A DNA stretch of 63,305 nucleotides, filler included, from Phoronis australis (Eukaryota > Animalia > Phoronida), in NCBI GenBank assembly GCA_002633005.1. It is 8 parts of 8 records of this genome, joined end to end, with 100 filler letters (N's around TTAATTAATTAA, not from the genome) between each part and the next. Parts side by side here need not be neighbours in the genome. Positions count along the whole stretch, not along the records: positions 27,691 to 30,549 come from NMRA01003369.1; positions 30,650 to 40,997 come from NMRA01000347.1; 6 more parts are not named here. One strand, written 5' to 3'. Numbering within the stretch: position 1 is the first letter of the stretch; each line of letters starts with the position of its first letter. Under the pieces are notes generated by a model. It saw only the letters and a program-made list of their open reading frames with translations, searched no databases and was not told where the DNA came from. Below, in pieces: positions 27,591 to 39,956 of the stretch. A program made the translations under genes and the position numbers.

Positions 27591-29164
27591 NNNNNNNNNN
27601 NNNNNNNNNNNNNNNNNNNNNNNNNNNNNNNNNNTTAATTAATTAANNNNNNNNNNNNNNNNNNNNNNNNNNNNNNNNNNNNNNNNNNNNCCAAACTTCT
27701 TTGTTGCAGTCAGAGAACCTGGAGCTTTATAGTAATAATGCCATTTCATTGTTTTTTAGCACATAATGGTGATGTAAAGCAGATCCTTTTAATTTCCCAG
27801 CAGCACAATTATCTGAGATTTCACACAGGCTGGCTAATGATGCCTGCCTCAAGAGATCTTGTATTTTTCATTCGATGCATCTGTATACTATAAATATAAC
27901 TTGCAATTGTCTGCTCATTAATTAACTGTAGGCAGATGGTGAAAAAACAATATTATAACACTTATTTTCCAAGACAAATTTAAAGATTCTTCCAATTCTT
28001 TTGCCAAGTTGAAAAGCCAATTCATCAATTTCAACCTGTATTTATGTTGCATGATAATGCATTTTGAAATGTTTGACCGTACGTCTGAAGTATTTTTGTT
28101 GATGAATTTCAGGTTGTCAACAAAAATGAAACTTAAAATTTAAGCAAAGTGAAAGACGCCATGATATTGATATATTTATTTACACTTGTTTGTTATGCAA
28201 TTGCTTGTTCATAAATATATGCTCTTCAGTAATTTACACTATGGTACATACAGGCCGGTAAAAACATTAGACAATGCATTGCCCTTTAGTGTGTCATAAG
28301 TATAAGCCAGCAGAAGTGACTCTTGATTTAACACCAGTATATACACAACAGGATAGTATGCAAAACCAGAGAATATACAATAGCCTTTTTCACATTGAGA
28401 TTAACTGCCCATTCTGTCCAACCATCCTATGTGTAATCGAGCAATGTACAACATGCAAGGCAAGTGCCAATCATGCTGACAAAAACTGTCGGAGTATTAA
28501 GAACAAGGCTGTGGCAAGTGACTTGTCATTCTAAATAGTGTCACTGAGCTATGTACAGCATGTGCAAGTGTCAATTCTGAAAACTAAAAATATTGAACTG
28601 TTATGAATAAAGCTGACAGTATACATTGGGGAGAGAACATTTGCCCCAACGTGTACAATCGTGTCCATGTAGTGCCTAGACATGACTAGTTACATTACAT
28701 ATGCATTTGAATACAACTAAGATGTACCAGAAAATGCTTGGTTGATTTCATTACAGTCCAGCTTTCACAGATTTAACCCTCACCCCCTTGGTCATCACTC
28801 ATTGTCCTTCATATTAATTATTCTACAAATTTGACACTTTCCCCGACATTGTATTTTTAACTTACTTTGTGAAATCAAGTGATGTTAGAGGATGGCAAGG
28901 CTTTTCGAGGAATTATAGGGAGTAGACGAGGTATGTGCAAATATAGTTTAGTGTCTGACTGAATAGTTTTGATATTTTAAACATTTTGTGATAATTACCT
29001 TCCAACTGCTAGTTCGTTAGTAGTATTTTTGAAAGAAACCAGGAAACTAAGCATTCAGCCCCTTTGAAATGCAACGGTCAGATTTGTTAACACCACCTAA
29101 TTAGTACGTTCACATTTCAATAACAAGATTTTTCCAAGAAATGTTATTCTTCTCTAGTAGCTAT

Positions 29165-29275
29165 TTACATAAGGTTGAAGATACTATTAGAACTAAACGT
29201 ATTGCTGCGTTCCAGGCGAGGTTTCTTTGCTTGTGGAGGTTTTGGGCCTTCATTCATACTCCTTGAACGCTGAAC
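29165..29275 (-). CDS. Terminal coding exon of an unidentified gene
   Basis: TTTTTGCAG acceptor, phase 0, VQRSRSMNEGPKPPQAKKPRLERSNTFSSNSIFNLM*; followed by ~1.4 kb of repeat-free AT-rich sequence resembling a 3' UTR. Confidence 0.65.
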   Translation of the reverse strand, partial: VQRSRSMNEGPKPPQAKKPRLERSNTFSSNSIFNLM

Positions 29276-30003
29276 CTGCAAAAATAATTAATCCTTAACA
29301 ACCCAAGTTTATTATCATGATTTAAAGATAGAGTCAATCATGGGCATAGTGATCACTAGTGAATTTATTACAAAGTAAAGTTTCCGATATTGCCTAGAGG
29401 TGGTGCTGGTGCACTAAAAGAATTATGTATTTTACTATTTGACTTATTTGATTTGATATTGGATTTTCCACGAGATTTTGGTTAAAATTGCTTCCAATGA
29501 TCTAAAGAGTGAAATGGATAATTTGGAGATTTTAAAAGTTGCATTTAGAGTCAAAATTGAAATGAAACCTGCTACAGTTAATTCAGTTCTGTAAAAGCAA
29601 AATGTATTGAGTATCCTATCGGTGAGAAGGATTGCATGAAATCTAAACACTGCGGGACATGCTGGTTCATTCTCATATCTTAAAGGTTCAGGCAAGCACA
29701 GTGAGTTCAGGTCGACATTGTGTAAGAGATAAATTGTCAAAACGACATGTCTTTGTCCACACACGCATGTTAAAAACCTTGAAAAATAACTAAAAACAAC
29801 AGAAATTTATGACAAAGAAAACATTTCGCTTCAACTTGCTAAATTTCTTTATAGTAACATGAAAGACAAGACAGCAACAGTCACATACAGTTGTCCCGAA
29901 TTTTGAGAGCAAGTTAGTTGCTCGTTATTCAATGGAGAAAACTGGTTCTCAGAACGTGGAACTCCTGTGACGATTACCGAGAAAACGACTCACTAACCCA
30001 TAC

Positions 30004-30162
30004 CTTGGGTTTTTCTTCCTTTTTCTCATCTGGTGAGGCCACAGTGAACACAAAATTACGAGAATTTTTGGCTTTATTCAAATTGAGACTGGTTTTGGTG
30101 ACCTCGCTAATCTTAGCCAGCGCCTCTTTTGACCGTGTCAAGAAGGATCCTTTTCTCGATTG
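30004..30162 (-). CDS. Penultimate coding exon of the same gene
   Basis: TTTCCTTTAACTTGCAG acceptor and AAG|GTATGG donor; 159 nt, QSRKGSFLTRSKEALAKISEVTKTSLNLNKAKNSRNFVFTVASPDEKKEEKPK; joins in phase 0 to the 29275 exon. Confidence 0.7.
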
Positions 30163-31050
30163 CTGCAAGTTAAAGGAAAACAAATTCATATATTATGTAT
30201 TGAATTTGAGTACAGATTGACTTACAGTTGAGAAAATGTCAAACCAGTATTCACACCTGGTTTTGGAAAGAAAAAAAGATGAAACACATTCTATATGCTG
30301 GATTTTATAAATCTTTATCACAGATAACTTTGACATCAGCCTTTGATGAGAGTTGTGTTAAGAGTTAAAAATATCCACAATAACAAATACATTCATTGCA
30401 AAATACTACGTTTTGCTTTCTGGGCTATAAAACATGAGCAGGTTCTGGTTAAGTTTCTGACAAGCCTCTGAACATGCAATAAGACAAAACTGTCGCAAAA
30501 TGACCAATTATGCAAAATTTTACATCTTCGTGTACTGGACGTTGGTGTTNNNNNNNNNNNNNNNNNNNNNNNNNNNNNNNNNNNNNNNNNNNNTTAATTA
30601 ATTAANNNNNNNNNNNNNNNNNNNNNNNNNNNNNNNNNNNNNNNNNNNNTGCTAATCTCGTATGTTGGTAAATTTGTTTTTATTCTATGTTTCTGTGGTG
30701 CTTTAAGCAACTGGTGTATAGGATGTGCTTGTATTATGAAGATTACTCACATTTTGCCCCTAGCCTATTGAGGAGACAATGACCATGCCTTTCCATTTTG
30801 CTAAGTACAACATACTACACATATGCTCTCTACTGGCCACTTTGTGGTACCAATAAACAACCCTAGAAGGATACCGTATGCGGTGCAATTGTGGGCGCAT
30901 TTCAACGCTCTGCGTTGCTCTTGTTGCTAGTATGCATCAGTTATTACATGTCCAGGCGCATGCGCTTAATTTCAAGTTAAAGTTTGAGACGGTGATATTA
31001 ATACTTGTACAGGTATACTTAAATTAAGCGGGTTTTATGTTACTTACATA

Positions 31051-31198
31051 CAGTGGCGGATATAGAGAGGGGCCATGGCTCCAACTAAACTTTTCTCCCG
31101 GATCCAATTTGGCAGATCGGAGGTGCAAATGTCTGACGGGCAAAATCCTGGGTAATATTCTGCCCTACCCCCCGCTCAAAATCCCTGATCCGCCCCTG
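31051..31198 (-). mobile_element. hAT-like MITE (same family, inverted)
   Basis: ACATA|CAGTGGCGGAT...ATCCGCCCCTG|ACACA. Confidence 0.75.
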
Positions 31199-31360
31199 AC
31201 ACACGTGCTTTATTTCAAGCCAGAGTAAAAGTGGGCGACTTCAGAGCAGGTTAGAACATACAGAAGGGCTCTCTGTGCTTGATGTTAAGAAAATGTTAGC
31301 TTGTACTGATTTGTTTGCATTGAAGCCAGATTTTACTGAAATTGTAATTACAATACATAC

Positions 31361-31529
31361 ACTGTAGATACCATGAAGTTGTATAGTAAACAATAGCTAG
31401 ATACCGGGAATTTCTGTATCTGCGTCCTCTCAAAAGTGCACCCATGGGCAGGGCCAGATCAGGCAATTGCGGGAGCCCGTAACATATGTCGAAGCGCGGA
31501 CCCCTGTTCAAATGCCATTGAAGGATTAT
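31361..31529 (-). CDS. Candidate upstream exon of the minus-strand gene
   Basis: TTTTGCTTCCAG acceptor, GTATGT donor and one open frame IILQWHLNRGPRFDICYG...YYTTSWYLQ; no recognised homology, and the link to the 3' exons crosses a gap. Confidence 0.35.
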
Positions 31530-32170
31530 CTGGAAGCAAAACAAACATGTATTTTTCACTGTTGAGAGGGTAGGGCCACCTTGTCATGCAGAAAACTGAC
31601 AAGAAAATGTTACTTGAAATCACCTGTATCATACGAATTGGCCTCCAAAGCACCTAATAAATGGTTTAACACAAAAATGGGCAACATTTACCACATTTCT
31701 GAGCTCCAATTTATGTGGGGAACATCTTTAAAAGTGAAAAGACTGTCTTCTGATAGAAAAGTTCAAATTTTACAAAAATATTATAATAAACATTTTTCTC
31801 TTCCTTTCATTTCCACCGTTTTAATACTGCCTTAATTACTTTACCTGTGTGAACCAAACATGGGCTATTTTGGGCCAAAATGTTGATTTTGCTCTAGTTT
31901 AAAAATATTATACCAAATAATTTGAAATAAACCCTTTTGAAAATAAATCATCAGGATGTATGAACACGTGTTTTTTCAAGATCTGAGTCGGTGATCGCAT
32001 AGAACCGAAGTTAATAACACTAAGAAAACCCACATTTCAAGTGTACAAGGCAAATTTGTCACCGTCAGTGAATCCTCATGAAATACTTTTTTCACATATG
32101 AAATGCTCCACAATATGAATAAATTTCTTTGCCCACCATTTTCCAACGTTTCCCTTTGTAGCGACTAATG

Positions 32171-32205
32171 CCCCACCCCCACCCCCACCCCCACCCCCAC
32201 CCCCC
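32171..32205 (-). repeat. (CCCCA/CCCCCA)n run with G-quadruplex potential on the minus strand
   Basis: Six or more C4-C5 tracts separated by single A. Confidence 0.75.
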
Positions 32206-32499
32206 TCAACCCACCTTATGCAGATATACGCGCGCTATGTAAATAACCGCGGCACCCAGAAGCGATCTGACCCACGAATAAAGCTCACAGTTGTAGGCTC
32301 AAGTAATCATTCCACTCTTCCCCCTAAGGCCTTCTGTGATACTTTGGCTCCACATCGGGAACTCCATTGAAAAGAACCTGTTCATGCAGTTCCAGGGGTT
32401 CGTATGCTGGAGACCTAATTCTAGTTTTGGTTTGCGCTCAGTGGGACTTCGAAACAGGTAACCATGGTGGACGTGGCCTGGTCGTGTTTGTCGGCACCG

Positions 32500-32800
32500 C
32501 CCATTGAGTGCATCTAATAGAACAACGGGGAGTGAATGTGACCGTATTAAGATGCCTATGGTGCGAAGCCTCTTGTCACGTGACTTTTGTATTTCCCGCC
32601 AATGAGAATCAACTGAATAGGGCTATTCGAACCACAAAACTGCTATTGAGACAAGAGAGACGTGCGATTACTACTGTGATATACGAAGCCTTGTTACTAC
32701 TACTACTACGAGACCAATATATTGTGTGGAGTGCCTGAACAAGTGAGAATGCCTTTCACAGATTACCTTAACAGCTTCTGTGGATCCATCACCCAGTAAG
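32500..32800. promoter_or_regulatory. Candidate promoter, possibly bidirectional
   Basis: GTCACGTGAC E-box at 32575-32584, E2F-like TTTCCCGCC at 32592-32600 overlapping CCAAT, second CCAAT at 32714; donor-like sites on both sides (+ GTAAGT at 32796, - AAG|GTGGGT near 32215). Confidence 0.4.
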
Positions 32801-34921
32801 TACTCTGCTTTTATAACATGCGTTAAGTCGACGTTGTGTTTTTTCGAAAACGGTTGTCAGACAGACGCCTGCAATTGACAACAAAAGGCATAACGACGCA
32901 GGCCATATGCTTGGGGGTATATTAGGGGTGTGACCGTCAACAATTGTACATTTAGAAGACTAAAAATAAAACGTTTGTGAAGGATGGAAAAAGCTGAGCA
33001 AAGATCAAATGCCATGCAATACAGACAGTTTTGATAAAGTGTTTGCATTTTGACCCCTTACGCGTTTGTGATAAATTTGCCTCTCTCTTAAACTGCGGTT
33101 TTTCTTATCATTATTAAGTTTTGTTGTCAACTAACGCGCTAATAACATGACGGAAACATCCCGTTGCTCCCAACTTGTTCGATTCTATAGCCCAAAAACA
33201 AGTTGGGAAGTTTACCCCCGTAGCCAATATCTTTCACGACTGATTAACTCCATTCTGGCATTTATGGTTGGAGGGCCTGCGCTCTTTTGTTCGATAATTG
33301 CTTTGATCTCCGATCAGATCGTATGTAGCCTGACTGGGCTGGACTGATAAAAATGAAAGTTAAGTTATAACACATTTTAGCTTAAACCAATAGCATTTCT
33401 GAATTCCTCGTCAAATGCTCATCATGTTCCGTTTCTGAATCACCAAAATCGCCCAACTACAACAGAATTTAAGACAATCTATTCTGTCCAAACGGATTAC
33501 CAACGCACTACATGTAGGTTTGACCGTGTTCTGAATACGCGTTCGGTAATACAATGTAGCGTGCAACCACCATAGATGTGCGTTTCCTTTGAAGCCTGTG
33601 AGATAATTGGCCTGCTTGTTATCATACGGGACAAAAGACTGAGCTGGGCAGTCAACAAAAGAGCCAGATGTTATCGCACGTTCAGCACCCTTCACGTCTG
33701 GAAAAGTTACTGAACGACAGAACGCTGTAATGAATCAAGACCGAATGAACCTTTCAATGTTCTTAAACTCCGAACGCTTCGGAATTCAAAATGAATGGCG
33801 TTAGCTTTGAAGTTGCAACGATGTCACTGTAGTTAGCAATAAATTACTGAAAGGGCAATTCTCTTTCAAAATATTTGCTAGTTTGAGTTCCTGAAAAATG
33901 TCAATGGTTTACATATTTTGATGGGGTTTCATCACAAAACGTGAACCAACGCAGTAGTTTTCAAGTGTTAGTTTTCTGCCGCTATAATGAAACCATAGTA
34001 GAAATTTAATGAAAACCATGCCTAGAATACATGTTATCACTCGTGGACATTATAGAGGTTGAAATAGTCTCCTGTGACTAAAGTTTTAAGACATTGAGGA
34101 CTGTTGGACCAGGTCAGTGCTACAGTTGTAAAAGAAGAATCAATCCGGGGCTCTCAAGTCCAAAATACATGAAATACTCGGTAAAAATGCAGAAAATGAC
34201 GTCCTGCTCAATCTTTTTTGTAGAGTAAAAACAAGAATTAATTCAACAATAAAGTAAAGCCACTTATAATAGATTTCCACGATGATTTAAATTAAGGCGA
34301 AAAAGGCCACATCAGAACAAAATCTTGAACGGACAAAAATGTTTAAATACATCACGTCACGACGATAACTTATCATTTAAATCATTCTCTGCCATCGGTG
34401 TAATCCTATGAATGGGATGTTAATCGCAGTAAATGACAGTGAAGTTTTCAGTCTATGATCATGCCGTGGACAATTTTTGTTTTCGCTGAAACATGATCAG
34501 CAACCCTAAAGATCTCAAAATGTCGTTGTTTGGAACCATTTGTCGTTTCAATGATTTTTCCGCGTAACATTTTACCTTTTCGCATAATTGCTCCAAAATA
34601 TATTTCAAGTTGTTTGGAAAAGCGAACAGGGTAATTTCGCCTAGTAAAAAGCACAGACTATTGATAAAACAGTAGCACACTCAAACGTTTAGAATCTCTT
34701 CGAATTTTGCATCACCCCAACGATAAGCGATTATCGAAAAAGGCGGGAGCTGAGAACTCAGACCCATGCGGGACTTCAGCCGGCCAGAAAAATTAGATTT
34801 CCCTGCTGACTAATCTCTCTATAATCCGCTGGGCAGAGAAAGCACCACACTTAAATTCATTACCGATTTTCGACACACTGTATTAGATTTTTTTTCGAAA
34901 AGCCCGGCTATCTTGATCGTT

Positions 34922-36290
34922 TTATTATGCGACCACATATTTATGTGTATGTGGACGCATTATGCCTTCATCTTTGTCCGTTCGTCCGTCCATCCGTTCG
35001 GCGTCAGCTGCTCTTTCTCCAAAACCGATTGACGTATGTTCACGAAATTTTGCACGTGTTCCTTTATGGATGGGACGGTATGAGCGTAGTTTCGGACGGA
35101 TCCGACTCCTGGTGTACCCCCTAGTGGCATTTTTAGGTTTTTACGTTTACCTCTGTATTTTGAACGGTCCTCAACATATTTTCACAAAATTTGGTACAAT
35201 ATAGGCACGAGACGACGGTATCCTCCCGTTTTCGGATGGATTCGACGTAGTTGGCGCCAGCTAGTGGCCATTTTAACTGTTTTCGAGCCTGTTTATTAGT
35301 GTCCACCCCTCTATCAACCAAAAAGGTCTAAGCACGATTGTGAAAATTGGCATGTATGTTCTTACTATGGAAAGGTTGACGATGATTTTCCGACGACTTG
35401 GACTACTGTGGCCTGTCCTAGTGGCACTTTTGTTTTTTTTGCGCCCATGGGGCTATACAATGTATCTCCTAAACCGTTTGCAAGATCTTTACTAAATTTA
35501 GCAAGTGCATTTAAACGATGACGACAACGGACGATGACGACTTTCGGACAGTTCTGACTACTGGTTGTCCACCTAGTGGCAATTTCATTTTTTGCGTTTA
35601 CCTCTGTTCTTCAAAGGTCCTCAACGTATTTTCATAAAATTTGGTACTGAGGTGACGCTATCTTTCCGTTTTCAGATTGATTCGACCTAGTTTGCGCCAC
35701 CTAGTGACCATAATTACTGTTTTGAGTCTCTTGTTGGCGTCCACCCTCTATTCACGGGCGGATACAGGATTTTGAGTTAGGGGGGTCAGGACACAAGAAT
35801 AACCAGAATTTCGGCAGATGCGCTAAATTTTGGGGTTGCTGGGTCTCGAAGTTTGGCTTTGCGGACATGTTGACTAAAAAAAAAACGGTAAACGGGGTTT
35901 GTTCAGGGCCTATGCATTGTTTATTCACTTTACTCACCCCCCGAGCCCCCTTGGTTGTGCGCATGTGCTAGTCAGCAATTCGCATCCGAACTCCCGAATG
36001 GTATCTGGTACAATTTTAGGGGGGGCATGGTCCCCTTGGCCCCACCCCTAAATCCGCCACTGCTATCAAACAAACCGCTTTCAGGATAATTGTGGAAATT
36101 GGCATGTTTGTTTTTACTATGAAGTGACGGGTGACGATTTTCTGACTTCGACTACTGTGGCGCCTCCTAGTGGCAGATTCGTTCTTTTCGCCCATGGCTC
36201 TATCTCCTAAACCGTTTGCAGGATCTTTACAAAATTTAACAAGTGTGTTTATATAGTGTTGACAACAGACGGGAAATGCAATGTACCCTG
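34922..36290 (+). mobile_element. HINE/DINE-like (Helentron-associated) element with ~450-bp core repeats; 3' end uncertain, possibly ~37130
   Basis: T-rich start, subterminal hairpin ATGCGACCACAT/ATGTGGACGCAT, (GTCC)n microsatellite, then tandem cores with CTAGTGGC and AAATTTGG motifs at 35179 and 35630. Confidence 0.65.
35753..36062 (+). mobile_element. 310-bp composite hAT-like MITE inserted in a HINE core repeat
   Basis: CTATT|CACGGGCGGAT...ATCCGCCACTG|CTATC; the empty site CCCTCTATCAA is visible in the neighbouring core at ~35307. Confidence 0.8.
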
Positions 36291-36306
36291 CATTGTAAAT
36301 GTAACT

Positions 36307-36453
36307 TAGGGGCGGATCCAGGACGTTGAGTTAAGGGGGGCAGGACAGAGTATTAGCTAGCATTTTGCCCGTTAAACATTCGCACCCTCGAACTATCAAA
36401 TGTAATCAGGGAGAACTTTAGGGGGGCAAGGCCACCCTCTAAATCCGCCACTG
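36307..36453 (+). mobile_element. hAT-like MITE (same family)
   Basis: TAGGGGCGGATCCAGG...AAATCCGCCACTG. Confidence 0.75.
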
Positions 36454-36797
36454 CAACGGGTAAAATTTTGGTGAATTGTTTAACATAGACTACAGTATTT
36501 GTGAATTTTGTCTTTACAGCATTTGACTCCACATCAAATTGAAAACTGCTGGTCTAAAATTTAATAATCTTTCAAAGACTTTTAAAGGAGTGAAGATGCA
36601 TACCTATATCATTTTAAACTCAATACCATGTATCTTCATACAGTATGTATGGAGACCATTGGTATTTTCTGTCACAGAAACTAGTCACGTCATTACCACC
36701 TTAGTTTCTGCACATAGTAACGACAATCTGGTTGCGTGAACCACATAATTTTCCTGTTCAACCCCCCTAATTCATTGCACAGCAATTAATAACGAGT

Positions 36798-36929
36798 CAT
36801 GGGCTGCGCACCAGAGGGGGCTATAGCCCCCGCTTTTTTCAGTAATACGCAATCCTATCGATCGGCGGTTCAACACAGAGGGCTGAGTGGCTATAGTACC
36901 CCACGTTTTTGAGTGCTGCGAGGCCCATG
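36798..36929. mobile_element. 132-bp MITE with CATGGGC ends and 5-bp TSD CGAGT
   Basis: CGAGT|CATGGGCTGCGCA...TGCGAGGCCCATG|CGAGT. Confidence 0.75.
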
Positions 36930-39479
36930 CGAGTGAACTACTCCCCCGATTAACATGCTGGTCTGTAATGGTTTTTCACCCTTATTCATACAGTTCGGAA
37001 CAACATCTATAGTTTATTGAGCCATGTTATCATGATAGTCCACAGCCATGGACGCGAACTCCCAACTTGGTCGTATCGCCCACATGCGAGCAAAAGTGCA
37101 AGGTATCCGATTTAGATTTGCTGTTAGCGATTGTTATTTATTTTTGTAGGTAGTTTTCGGGATGCTGACCTCTTAGTCGACCGACCATGGATCCAATTCC
37201 ACCACCTTGTGACCCCATACCGCTAGCAATTGACCGTCAACATGTAAGATATATGACCATGCCAATTAAATATGTTGGCCTAAAAACTCTTTAGGTATTT
37301 GCTCATTGTTTTAGTTTTGTTTTGGTTAAATCAAGACAAACCATGCCTTAAACGTCTTCGACAACGCTCAAAGATAAGCAAGATCTTATTGCACTTGGCC
37401 GGTTCGTGGAGCACATTCACTAACATTCCTGTATTCCAACAGCTCGACCGCCTGCCATCCCGAGTGCTTTTGATCCATCAACGTACGCTGGTAATGTTTT
37501 TTCGCCACCTGTGCGTCATCCTGATGAGCCTGAGCCGTACTCACCACCTGCTTTGAGACACATGTCATCTGTGCCCAAGGAGACGCTTATCACGCCAGTT
37601 AATGAGCGACACCCACTGGTGAGGACTGTCACTGTCTGTCTTTGATTTGTATTTTCCATTAAGAATACAGTGAAATTTCGACAATTTAAAACACAATGTT
37701 TCTGACGAGGGAATTTTTATTTTTATTCGTTTGTTTCTTAAAAGATAGTTAGGCAACAAGTTAATACTTTCCATTTGTAAGATCTATGAAATAGTTTCAA
37801 TCTTCAGACATTATAGCCTTTGATTAATGAACAAAGATCAATTTTAGGAATTTACTTTCATTCGATGTTGATGACAATTAAGCCATATGTCGACGCAGAT
37901 GCTCTCCACTTTGTATGAAAAACTATAATTGTATTACTGCACTTTCATGCCCACAGCGGACTTATTGCCTGTAAGAACAAGTAGTGTCCCCTGCATAGGC
38001 CCATACATGTACATGTACATTAACTTGTACCTGTTGGAACTCTTATTTCGACTACTTCTTACATGTGGCGCCTCCTATAGTAGTACAGTTTTGTTTTTTT
38101 TTGGTCCACGGCTTCATCTCACAAGACACTTGCAGGAACTTTGTTAAATGTGGCAAGGTATTATTCATATGAAAGTGACAACAGATGTCACTGTCAGGGA
38201 TAAAAGTTCCTGGACTTTGCCTTTGTGCCATCAAAATAATTGAGAGTGACCTGTCTCGTTTAACTGTCTTAGAGGCTCTCGTAATTCTGCTTGAGAAATC
38301 CAACTTGAATTCTCAGGAGACTGATCTCGTTTAGATTTCGAAGTTAATGCTCAGCCTCTAATGTTGTAGCTTCATTTCATTTTGCTAAACATGTGTCCTC
38401 TCAGCTTTTGTAAGTCTAATAGTTACAATGCGCACTTGAATATAGTTTATCGCATACTTTACCTAATTTCTTTTCCTGTTGGTCATTCCAGTCCTAGGTA
38501 CAGGAATATGTACAACATTTGCTAATATTTCTAATGTGTGTCGTCATTTTACCAACGCTGCGATTTCGAACAAAATAAAAAGAACTCATTTCTTCGTTAC
38601 ATACCCTGGACTGTTAAAACCAAAAAATTTACAACATCACGGTCTGATCTCTCAGAAACAAACTTGGTCTTCTGCACCAATTTTCTAAGTATTCCGGTCA
38701 TATGGACTGGAGTGGAACCAGGAAATATGGTACCGCAATTCACAAAGACTTCATGATTTAAAGCAAAATTTTCGACTTACTGGGTGATTAACATTAGTAT
38801 AAATCTCGACAAAATGATTGGTTTAAAGTAAGGTGAGTGTGAATTTGTAGTTAATGGATCATTCTTGGTATTTCATTCTGTAGGTTCTGATCTTTGTGAC
38901 CATCGCTGCCTGTCATTGACCATCGCCACCTGTTGTCAACCAGAAACCAATTGACTGCATGCATTAATGAACACCACATCTACGCTTGACCTCATCGACT
39001 ATTGGCATATTGACTACATCAAGGAATGGCGCCTGCCTGCCATCAACTGTGCATATTACAGATGAACTGGAGTTCACGGACTTCTTTTACACCTGCAGCG
39101 CTAACCATACTCAGAAGGGTGTACAGGCTAGTTCGGCCGAATGCCAACCACCCAAAATTACAAATCTTGACATGACATTTACATGTTCACGCTTTGCATA
39201 ATGTCCAAATTTAATTGGTACAGTTGCAGTGCCAATGTCTTAGTGAGTGCCAGTTTTCCAAAAATTTTAGTTCCAAAAATACGAATTTTGTTCACCTTTT
39301 GGTAACTCGTAATTTCATGTAAATCCGTTTTGAGGTTCTCGACAACCACCCGAAGTAGTTTGGCAGATGGGCGAGGAATTCATGGTCATAACCGCTATTT
39401 CTGCCATCATGTTGGGGAATTCCAGGTCGTTCTGGTTGATCACTGTGCTGTGTACTGTGCCGTCCGCATCAACTGTGCA

Positions 39480-39950
39480 TGTATCAGTGAATATCCGTAC
39501 ATCGAAGATTGCCGTCTAATCTCTGAGTATTGACTGTTCGTGTGTTGATGCCTCGGGTCAACCGGTCGCATTTCAACCGTCCACTTACCGAAGAATGTCC
39601 ATACATTGAAGATCGCCATCTGCTGTCTGCATATCGAACATTCACGTATCAAAGGAGCATCCAGATGTCGAGGATTGGCATCTTCTGTCCCCAAACTGAT
39701 TGTTCACGCATCAGTGTCTGCCATCGTCTGTTCACATATCGATTGTCCAAACATTGAGTAGCATTCCAACATCAAGGGTTGTCATCTGTCGTTCGCATGT
39801 CAACCTACCACACATAGAGGAACGTCCCCATATCCAGGATTGCCATCGACTGTTCGTGTATTGGCTACCTACACATTGTGGAACTTCCATACATTCGAGG
39901 ATTGCCCTCTTCTGTCCGTATGTTGACCATCCACATATCGAGAAATGTTC
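39480..39950. repeat. Degenerate minisatellite with recurring ACATCGAGGATTGCCATC.TCTGT motif
   Basis: Motif variants near 39499, 39603, 39665, 39768, 39830 and 39891. Confidence 0.65.
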
Positions 39951-39956
39951 TTGTAN

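Noticed and set aside
37330-37620. Pro-rich coding-like stretch on +
   Set aside because: In-frame stops and no identifiable family.
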